From Raillietiella orientalis (Eukaryota): a DNA stretch of 64,000 nt. Below the pieces are notes generated by a model. The model had not been told where the DNA came from. It searched no databases and saw only the letters and a list, made by a program, of their open reading frames with translations. Positions 49,774 to 60,179 of the stretch are shown piece by piece. The position numbers and the translations under genes are program-made. Location of the stretch: positions 2,542,001 to 2,606,000 of the forward strand of contig JAYWIR010000030.1 in NCBI GenBank assembly GCA_036172245.1, in the 5' to 3' direction. How positions within the stretch are numbered: the stretch's first letter is position 1; each line of letters opens with the position of its first letter.

Positions 49774-52259
49774 GAAGGAGGCGGGAACGTCGCCCGCGAT
49801 GCAGGCGACGTTCCCGCCTCCTTCCGATTGGCACGGATGCGTCTTCTCCCGAAGGGAGGAGACTTACGGAACCTCAGCAATTGGCGTCCGATCACCGTTT
49901 CAAACGCGGTCGCCAAGCTGCTTGCGAAGCTATGGTCGGAACGAATGGGGCGGATGGCGGAAAGCTTCATCAGCACGGAACAGACATACGCTGTTCCCGG
50001 GCGAAGCATGGACGCCAACCTGCTCTTCGCGAACACCTGGTTTGAGTTTTAGCGGTGTAGAGTAGATGAAAAGAATAAGGTCGTCACCCCGAGTTGCGGG
50101 ACGTCCGCTGGTGGTTCGCGAGATGGTCGGGAGCGCGAGGGGGGCCTCGCGGTCGCGGTCGATTTGCGTAAAGCATTCGACCAAGAGCTCCTGCTGGAGC
50201 TAATGGAGCGCCTGGGCTTCCCGGCCTCCTTATTAGCCTTTCTGTGCTCTTGCTGGCGCGACGCGCTGACCAATATTTCTTTCAGAGGAAGAAACGTGTT
50301 CGGTGTGCCGGTGCGCCGCGGGATACGGCAAGGTGACAGCTTGAGCCCCTTGCTTTTCAGCACCTACTTCGAGCTGGTGCTGAGGGCATACAGGGAGACT
50401 CTTGGTCGCCTGCCGCGCGTGTGCCCAGGTACACCGGCCGTGGCGTCTTATGCGGACGATCTTTTGCTGCTGCTCCCCATGTCCACCCCGGCGTCGGCGG
50501 TCGAAAACTTTTTCGAGCTGCTGCGTCGCGGGACAGGGCTGGAGGTGAACAGAGCGAAGTCATCCGAGGTTGCAGCTGGTTCATCACGGGCAGGGCAGCC
50601 GGATTGCTCTAGCTTGGGGATCCCCACGGTACCGTACTTTAAGTACCTTGGTGTGCCGTTGGGAAACTATTCCCCTGCGGAAGCGTGGTCTAGCTGCCTC
50701 CAAAAGGCCGAGAGAGCGATCGGCCCGTTCCTGGATGGCAAGTTTTTCTTGCCGGAACGGGCCGTGGTGTGGGACACGTTCGTGGCCCCCCTTTTTCGCC
50801 CCTTGCTTTTTGTTTGCCCTCCACCCTGCGGTGTCAGAAAGCGGACAAAGGACCTCCTCAGAATCGCCCTTTGGGGCAGAGGGAGGCCCCGAGTCCGTTT
50901 GAAGGACTTATGTGCCCCTGGTCGCGATGGAGGCCTCGGCCTCCTCACGCTGGAGCGGCTGGAACTGCAGCTGCAGTTCAGGACTCTAGCTCTAGTAGCG
51001 AAGCTATGGAGCACCAGCTGGTGCGAGCCTGCACGACGCCTTGTTCAGCGAGCTAGCGGCTGCGCGGGACTGTCTACCTTCCTAGCGCGCCGCTAACGCC
51101 GGTACCTGTTCCACTGCGGACTGGCACTTCGGCGAGTGGCGAAGCTGACCAGAACGAACACCTGGATCTCCTGTCGGCCCGCGAACGGTACTTCCTGGTT
51201 GCAGGAAAGCCTTCGCACGTGGGCCCAGATCGAGGAAGCGAGCCCGGAGTTGCGGCAGCGAATGCTGCTCTCCTATCACAAGAGCCGCTCGCTGCAGGAC
51301 ATCATTGTGCAGCCCACCTTGAGCGCATGGGCTGAGAGGACCTCCCTTGCCACGGCTCTGTTCCACCTCAGGGAGCAACTGGGCAGTAGCCAGCCGGCGA
51401 AATGGGAAGTCAGGTGCAGTATCTCTGGAAGAGAGAGAGAGCAAGGTGGTTGGACCACGGGCCAGTTGACAGACGCTGCGACCCCAAGTGCCCACCAAAG
51501 GGACTATTGCGCTGGGGCGAGCTGCTGAGCATCCCCATGGATGTACTCGAGTGGCCCCCGGTGCTGAAGACTACCCGGGCCCTTACCCTGAAGTGGCAGG
51601 AGTCGGCGTTCCTGGTGTTGCACTGGGGACTCCCCAGCAACGCCCGCCGTTCGCACTGGACGAGGGGGGCTGTGGACCCAAATTGCGTCAGGTGCGGGGA
51701 ACGGGAAACCCTCCCGCACCTGCTTCTTGACTGTGTTGCCCTCCGGCCTCTGTGGTTGCGTTTCGCAACGGCCCTAGGAGCACCCACGATCAACCCTAGA
51801 GACGTTCTGACGCGCCTCTGTGCGTGACGCCCTTCGGCCTGCAGCAACCCTTGCAGCCCTCTGCTGCCTACGAGGGATTGTGGCGGCCTGGAGCACCGCC
51901 ACTGGTGGACTGAACGACAGGGACATCATCTGCTCCGCCCTACGTTTCCTAAGGACGGCAGCCAGATGGTCCCATTTGGGGCATATGCGGACCGAACTTG
52001 CCGGCATCCTGGAAAGGATGTAGAGGACGACTCCAGCGGAATGTGATTCTTTCCCCAACTCCTCCCTGCTTTTGTAAATAGTGTTTTCTTTTTGTTTTTA
52101 TTTGTCCTTTCCCCTCCCGCTGCCGAGTCGAACTCGCCAGCCTGCGTGCTTGCTACTCGGCAATTTCAGACTCTTTATTAGAACATTTTTTAGGACGCTG
52201 TAGGGGCAATAGCCCTACAGTTGCTTGTTTGTTTTTACCAGAAAAATAAACGCCCCGGC
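47544..52259. repeat. 4716-bp inverted repeat (2230-bp arms, 256-bp spacer)
   Basis: Mirror-image ORF track. Only one mismatch noticed (47755 G vs 52048 T). Confidence 0.95.
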
Positions 52260-52276
52260 TCACCCGGGTGTAAAAA
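49795..52276 (+). mobile_element. 5'-truncated L1/Tx1-clade non-LTR retrotransposon (RT, CCHC finger, 3' UTR, short A tail)
   Basis: LLPKGGDLRNLSNWRPI, QTYAVPGRS, DLRKAFD, GIRQGDSLSPLLF, YADD (50449-50460), FKYLGV, GGLGL and CVRCGERETLPHLLLDC. Stops at 50050-50052, 51094-51096 and 52021-52023, plus frameshifts. Confidence 0.95.
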
Positions 52277-54049
52277 CAAGAAATGGACTCTTTTTGAATG
52301 GACTTCTAGAATGGACTCTTTTTTGATGCAAATAAATGCCACGGCATATCCGGATGATAAACCATTATTATAGGAGGCTGACTGTTATGCCTCATAAATC
52401 GTGTACTTCAGTCATCTGACCAGCACCAGCAGAAAATGAGGAGGCGAAGAAGCCTCATTATACCGCAAACTCCCACCGACAGCAATCACTGTGATTATGA
52501 TTACCAAGACTTGCTTCTGCTTGAAATTTCTGGTTCCTTGTTTGCACTGGAATTCGCTTGTTACGGCCAAGAGAACGCTGCTCTGCGCAAGTACTTGGGA
52601 CCAAAGTTAAGATGGCAATAATTTGCAGAAAAATGTTGGCCTTACCCGTGAGCGAAGTTTGCAGTACTCCTCTTCATACATTCAAGTTTCTGGTCCAAAG
52701 TCATTTGATGACCTTCGATTTCTTTCTGCATTTTCATTCGTGAGACACCTTAGACGATGCTGAAAAACAGTGAGGTTAGCGCTTAGAGATTTCCAGTCCG
52801 AGCATCCAAGTCCTCGAACTGTTTGCAATGACTTGAAGCTGGAACTTTAGAGTGACTTGAGCTGTGAGATTTCGAGGAGTTCATTGCTGCCTGCGAGCAT
52901 TAACTTCAGCAAATAATCAGATTCAAATTCAGAAACCACCTCTGACGTGTTATTATGAAGAATTTTCCGCCACCACTGCTTCTAATGGGAAGTCTTAGTC
53001 CGTTCGCCGGACTGAAGGCAAGAAAAGGATTTCAACAGCTCCCTCATGCGCCCACAACCTGCGGAAATTCCAGCAAAGGTCGTGATGCTGCTGCAAAGCG
53101 TATTGTAAACAAATTGTATAAATTCTAAAGAATCCAAGTGTTTTCGTGAACTTTTATGAAGTCCGCAACATTGATCGCATGGGGTGACGATCGCGTAACG
53201 TCTGCACTGCTTTGCTTAGTGTCTCTGAGACAGCGTCGTGATAGTCAACTGCTCCACTCATAGCTTTACTAAACTGCTCAGATGCTCAGCCTGGCTTCAC
53301 TCCTGAGATTTCCTGTTAGGATGCAGGCCTATGAAAATGCATTTCATACGTGAAGGACATCACTTGTTGTAGAAACCATTCCCGAGATGAAATGAAGCTT
53401 TGTTTGTGTCGAAGTTCTATCCCTCTAGAAGAGGTCGATTGCTGCGAAAAGATAAAAGGAAAATATCGATGTTGATGCTTCATCCACGTCTATGTCTCCA
53501 CGATGCTTAGCTTTCTGTAGAGGTGGCGAATCGGTCACCGGAAGGAAACGATCTTCGTTCTCTGGGTACATATCTTTCCTATGATGGTTGATACCGCGCG
53601 ATGGAATGAAGCGTCGTGTAACCAATTTAGCTTAAACAAATGCCCGCGTTGGTCGTATAACCGCGGCACCTCCTGAGTCGCGGATTCCAACACCCGAATT
53701 TGATGCACCTTGGGTTTGGAGACCATCCGCGAGATGACGCTGAGGTGGCCCATGCCTCGCGTGTGCCTCGGTAGGGTCAGATGCCCCGTTAACTAGTCGG
53801 AAACTAGGAATTAACCCTTTGGGGTTCATCCTGGTAAGTGCAGGAGTGGTTCCTACGGTGAACTCGCTTCACGTGTGCTTCAAGTGAGTGGCAACGGGAG
53901 AACCTTGTGAGTCCCCATGAGGTAGCGTTGTGGATATGCTTCCGTAGCGGTAAGGTGACGGTGCTTGACACTTCATGAACTAAAAAAAACGGAAAGTTAC
54001 CTGGTTTCGAGGTCTTAATTGTGACCAAGAACCAGGAAAGTATTTCTGA

Positions 54050-57000
54050 GAAGCAGCACGTGTAGTGCTTTGCTGGTAGTTACCGTCACCGCCATTTGTT
54101 CAATGTCGCTTTTGGTCAGCGTCAGCTGCTTTGGAAGGCGTCAGCGTTGCGAATGGAGTACTCAGAGGAAGGACCATCCACCTCCATGCCCATGGATTTA
54201 GGCAAGCCAGGTTCCTCTAAGGAAGGTGCCTTGATGGGACCAATGGGGTCTCGACGCAGCCATTGTCCTATGCGGCGGTCGAGAAACACGCAGTAAGGTT
54301 TGCGGTGTTTAAAGTCGGCAATGAAGAGGAGCCAGTCAGGAAGTTCGACCAAGATGTAAAGCAGGTCACCTTTAAAACAGGAATACTACGTCTTGAGGAT
54401 GTGTGAGACCTGGATGTAGCTTTTCATAAGCTGACATTAATTTCAATAAGATAAAGGCAATTGTCTCCTCGGCAACGGGGTTTACGGTGTATATCTCTGA
54501 TGAGGAGTTCCAAGAATTCATGACTGAGCAAGGAATCACGATAAACGCATAGTTGCGAGGGCTCGGTGAGCTGACCAACACGGCGGTCTATCTCACCGGT
54601 ATACACTGCAAAACAACAAAAAGAAAGATATGGGAATTCTTTTCCCAATATGGAGAAGTACAGGAGGCTGCTTTCCGAAACCATATGTAAGAAATATTTG
54701 CAGAAGCAAGGGTGAAAGTAAAGCTGTTTGTCGATGCCAAGCGTCATAGACATCGATCAACACTCACAGCATGTTAGAGTACGGTATAGATTGCAACCAA
54801 CTTGCTGTGCAGGTTGAAAGGAGTTTGGGCACAGAGTGGGTGTCTGCTCCAAAGCAAAATGTTTTAAATACGGGCAGATTGGTCATTTCATTAAAGAAGG
54901 TAATAGACCTCCACAATGGAAGGACACCTAAAAAGGGAGTACGTAAAATACTTCGACTGGTTGGTGTCTAGAGGACTATCAGCTTTGCCAGAGGTGAAGT
55001 AAAGGAGGAAGAGGAAAGCGGAACAGCAATGGGAGGTTCCATGTACTCCTGTGGCAGAAGAAGAGCCTCTGCAAAAACAGAACCAACAGAAGAAACCTCA
55101 ACAACTGAAGAAGCAACAGGTGACGGTAGGAGAACTTTCTATTCCTACAGTAGAGAAGAAACAGGAATGCCTCGCTGACTGAAACTGAAAAACAGAAAGC
55201 CTCAGAGTATTTGCAGGAAGTGGCAATGCTCGCGGGAAAGATCTGTCCCAACAACACGGAGGTGGAACGCGCAAATACGCACTATGCCGGGCCGAGCTGC
55301 AGAACGAAATCCAAAAATTCCTGGTTGACGAAAAGCTAAGGTACAAAATGGAGGAAAAAATAGGTGAAGTAAAATTGAAGATCTGTGAACAAGATTGCTA
55401 GCAAGGAAAATGACAAGAGCAGCATACCAACTTCAAGAAAAGGAAAAGTAGAAACCAGCGAATCAGAAAGTGAAGCAGGGGAAAGACTATGGTTCAAAAG
55501 GAAAATAGTCAATTCTCCCAAACAAAAGGGAAAGAACAGAAGAGGAACGTAGAGACCAATGGCCTCTTTCCTGTAGTCTGCTAGGAGCATCAAAGTTGTT
55601 TCCTGGAACGTAAAGGGGTTGTGGAGCCAGCAAAAACGTAGGCTGGTCATGGGCGAATGATCGAACATGACCACATCGTCTGCCTGCAAGAAACCCACGA
55701 TTCCGTGCACCAGGTCATCCAGGAGCTCGAGAGACGATTGGATGTCCAGCTGTTCCTGAGCGCGGGACAAAAGACCAAAAGCGTAGCGATCCTCGTGAAA
55801 AACGAGATCGCACACACTGTATTGGAAACCTTCGCTCTGTGGCCAGAATGAATTGTCGGAGTATGTATGTCCTGGTCCACAAACGTTCACCTGTTTCTTG
55901 TGAACGTGTACGGGCCGCACCGTGGCAAATATCACTGTGCAGAAGCCGTGCAGTCCCTGCTGAGTAGCAAAGTCAAGGCAAAGGACATCGTAATAGTCAT
56001 AGGAGATTTGAATATGCTGAACACCATCATTCAGTCTAAGGATGCCCGAGGAAGAAAGGCCTATCGGCGGCTGTCCAACGAGTTCGGACTGCAGTGGCTC
56101 ACGGTGGGTCGCAAACCGATAGACCATGTCCTATACAGCCGGGACATCGCGAATCGTATGCAAGGCTTCGAAGACATCTTATCCGTGCTCTCCTTTGACA
56201 CTCTTGAGGATGTACCGGCTCTCTTACTGTTGCCAGTATTTCGAGAGCGAGAGATCTTAGATGTTAAGCTCCCGGTACGCCTCCATTTCTCTCTTCCTGC
56301 CGCCAAACTTCAGGCTGCTAAACAGATGTATAGTATGCTTCAACCTGTCCCAGTCTGCGACTCTGAGGATGGTAGCGTCCCGCAGTATCCGTCCCAATAA
56401 GTTCCTTGTGACAGGGATGCGTCTCAAACCAGGTGGGCATGCAGATGAATACAGCTCCCGCTCCTGCCCTCCTCCGAGGGTTTTCGGTTCTCAACGTGAA
56501 TCGAACCAAGGGTTGATCCGAGAGGTAGAAGTTGGAGAAGATCAACATCGCCACTGATGTCTTCTGTATCCTGTACGAAGACCAGGTTCAACACACATCG
56601 GAAAGAATTGCAGAGGCCTTCTACCACCATTATGCCACACACTTCCGATGAGAGGATCTGTGCCCGACGGAACAAGCAAATATCTTGCAGTATTTAAACC
56701 CAAGGGTTAAAGGTTAACACCAGGAAAAACTTCAGGAAGTCATTTCTATTAAAGAAGTGAAAAACGCCTTCCTGGGGCTGCGCAAGGATGTGGCGGCAGG
56801 TCCTGATAGTGTTCCAATCACGCACTATGAGCGCTATCCGCACGACTACATGCGTTTGTTCCACGAGTTAACGCTAGCTATTCACAAGGGAGGAAAACTT
56901 GCGACATTCCAAGAGGGAAGGATCGAGCTGATGCGAAAAGGAGACGACATAACGGAAGTCATCCAATGGCAGTCTGTCTCCATCCTAAATACGGATGCCA

Positions 57001-59184
57001 AGTAGTTGGCAAAGATCTGGGCCAACCGCTTGAGCATGGCGATGCCATCGGTAGTTTCTCCTATGCAGACGTGCGCAGTGCCCGGATGCTGCATGTGTGT
57101 GAACGTAAAGTGTGCCCGGGCCACCATAGGCTATTTTTGATAGGTCGGCGAAAACCTGGTGCTGAGCTTCACTGATATGGAGAAAACCTTTGATACTGCG
57201 GACCAAGGGATGCTTCTGAAGATCTTGAGGAAACTAGGCTCCCCAAGTTACTTCATTCAATGCGTGGAAAAACACTCGAGAAGCAACAAGTAAGGATTTT
57301 CATCAACGGACTACAAACAAAAGCAATTCGAATGGAAAGGAGTTCGCCAAGGCGATGCCCTCAGCCCGATACTGTTCGTACTATACATATAGGCAGTGTC
57401 AGCACTAGTCAATGAGAACAACCGTTTTCAAGGAATTACTATCGATGACCAGAGGCTAACTAACCTGGCATACGCAGACGATCTGCTGCTCTTCCTGAAG
57501 CATGAGAGGGATCAGCGTGCGTTCCTAGGTGTAGTTAGGCGTATGCAGAGAGGACTGGGCTTAAAAATCAATGTCCGAAAGAGTCATCTAATGCCTATCG
57601 GAATCCTGGACCGCTCCGTTCCGACAAAGGCGGGATTCCGAGTAGCGGAAGATGTAAAGTAACTACGTATCCACCTTGGCGATCCGAATGCATCCCAAAA
57701 GTTGTGGAAAGAAATCCTATGGAAAACTCAAGAAAAAGCTAACAAGTACACTCGAGTCGACTTCAATATGCAACGGAGGGCCACCTTGTGGAATGGCGTT
57801 CTACTTCCCCAAGTCTCTACGGAGCCGCCTTCTGCAGGATCGATAAGAAAACTCGAGTGGAAATTGCAAGTATACAAAGGAGAATTTTATGGAAGGAATA
57901 AAGGCCGAGGGTCAGGCTCAAACTGTTGTGCCGCCCTCGAGAAGAAGGTGGAAGTGGGATGAAACTGCTAGAACAATCAGTGGAATCCATGGATGCGCGG
58001 CAACTCCTGGGACACACCACGAACTGGGCGGAAATGCGTTCCGCAGCACACAGAGCCTACTCGAGGCTGTTGAATAAGAGACCTGATGGCTGCGTTGATA
58101 GGTGCCAGCGGAGAGTGGGTGAACATCGACCTCAAAGCGGAAACAGGAACTGGTGAGAATTCACCAATTCAAGATCGTTCCCAGAAGCAAAGAAGTATGG
58201 GAAGAAGAGCTGGCTTTGGTGATACCTCATTTGGTAACCATCCCAAGGAACACTGCAAAGTGGCTTCATCAGTGACCAAGGCTAAAGAAAGAGCAGTGCG
58301 AACTGCTCACCACAAGTGGGAATCGCCACCATATGCGACTGTATCGCTTGACCACAGGCATAAAAAGAAAGTTTAATCATCGAACACGGCAGCTTTGGAA
58401 ACAGGTGCCGCAACAAGCGTGGATGCTGATGACTAAAACCAATATCAAAAAAGTAACGTTAAAGAAATACCAGGATAACGATGTCCTCGATGCAGCTTCG
58501 AGCCGCTACGGACTTACGCACGCAAATGTGCTGGCCGTAGGGACTCACTCATGTGGAGTGACCTTTCCCCGAACACTCAGGACAACTTCCTTTTGTTACA
58601 CAACGGAGGAATTCTGAGTAGTTTCAGAGTGCGACACTGGGCCGGGAACATCCAGCAAGGATTCTGCAAGGCGTGTGGAGTGGAAGAAAAGCAGCTCCAA
58701 GTGTTCACCTGCCCCACATTGCGAACCGATTGGCAAGCGGTGAAGGCGGTGACCTGCCTGCGGGAAAAGAGGAAAATGGAAACTTGGATGGAATTGTTTT
58801 TCTGTACAAGCTCTCCATCACAGCTATTGTGAGCAAAGATGTATACATCCGGAAGACAGAGCGAAGCGAAAACAGAAGAACCCAAAAGAATTTCTATCCG
58901 GAAGAAGAGCACCAGAATGGGGGATTTTAAATGGTCTATTAAAGAAAGAAATCAGGATCAGGAACTGTGAAACAATCCCATCTTGGACGTATCACCACAT
59001 TCTCCGGAAGATGGATGAATACACCCAGGCAGGAGGGACAAACCCCAGCACACCCTAATGGAAAGCAGAAAGACAGAAAAGTGAAGTAATAGTTGAAAAA
59101 TCTATGTAATCATAAAAGACTGATTTGTAAAAGTTGTTTTGAATAAACTCATCCCTCTGCTGGTCGGACTGGGGAACTCAAAAA
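54050..59184 (+). mobile_element. Near-full-length decayed L1/Tx1-clade element (ORF1 RRM-like; ORF2 APE-RT-zinc finger)
   Basis: ORF1 VYLTGIHCK...WEFFSQYGEV. ORF2 from ATG 55559: VSWNVKG, CLQETH, NVYGP, IGDLN, IDHVL, AGPDS, WQSVSILNTDAK, RQGDALSPILF, AYADD, GLKINVRKS, REEGG, CKACG. AATAAA at 59142 and an A-run near 59180. Confidence 0.9.
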
Positions 59185-60174
59185 CGGAAAGTTCTTCGCG
59201 AACCTCTGAACGAAGGAAACATCTCGAAATACGTTGATGCTGCCGGCAGCGTCTGCACTCCGTGCGTGGCGTCTCCAGCTGCTGCAGCGCTGCATCCTGG
59301 GAATCAAGTGTTCCCCGTGCTGGAATCAGATCTTGAGATGTTGGAATCACAGAAATGATGAGAGTTTCACCCAGATGTTTTCGATGCTTTCCTGTTTCAT
59401 TCCGCTTGAATCCAACCCCGAAGTGTCTTCCCGGATCTGTTCCCTCTAAAAAAGGGAGAACACTTATGTGCATGGAAAGATGAAGTTTACTGATCGATTC
59501 GGCTTGTATTGAAGACATGCTCTAAATGACCCGCGTTACCCTTGGTAACTGCTGGCACTTGGTAACCTTCCCCCACTTAATATGTATCGAGTGTATTGCT
59601 TCCCCCCTCATGTGGGATCGACTCTCGTCTATCCTAAACATTCCGGTGGGCGACCCTAGAAACATTTTTCATCGCCTCCTGATGCAGGAAACCCTGCCAG
59701 CCGCCGCATGTGTTGCAGTTCTCTGCTGCATACGCGGGATCCTGGATAAGTGGACCGCGTCAAGGAGAGGCCGCAGCAGTCGGAATGCCATCCACTGGGC
59801 AGTCATCTCTATGGAGAAGGCTTCCCGTTGGCGCCGGCTAAGAAAAATTCTGCCGGCGCATGCAAAACTTGTTCGCATCCAAAACCGGATGCAGAGGCCC
59901 CCTCACGGCGTACCCTTCCCTTCCCTCCCTTCCCCATAAAACATTGTCCCCCCAGGTATTTTTTTTTTTTTTTGGTTTTTTCTTTCTGGTTTTCCCGCCC
60001 CCCTCCCCAGTGGAGAGGACTTTACCAGCCTGCGGATCGGTAAGGACAGGTACCCCAAGACAGTCAGAACGATGTGTTCTGACTGAAAAATAACTGGATG
60101 TAACAAGACTGTTATGAAATTTTTCTCTGTGAAAATTTTAATAATAAAATCCCTGGCTTACCCGGGTGAAAAAA
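59185..60174 (+). mobile_element. 3' part of another L1/Tx1-like element (same group as the palindromic element)
   Basis: TFPHLICIEC...DPRNIFHRL...AVLCCIRGILDKW...KASRWRRL; terminal AATAAAATCCCTGGCTTACCCGGGTGAAAAAA. Confidence 0.8.
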
Positions 60175-60179
60175 CTGCT

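Noticed and set aside
48707..51096. Two identical 310-aa RT ORFs as a retron/DGR-like or two-gene RT system
   Set aside because: Both are fragments of one defective eukaryotic L1/Tx1 ORF2, duplicated by the inverted repeat.
53600..53760. RNase H-like motif (LADGLQ...GAAVI) on the minus strand
   Set aside because: A single eroded motif, too weak to call.
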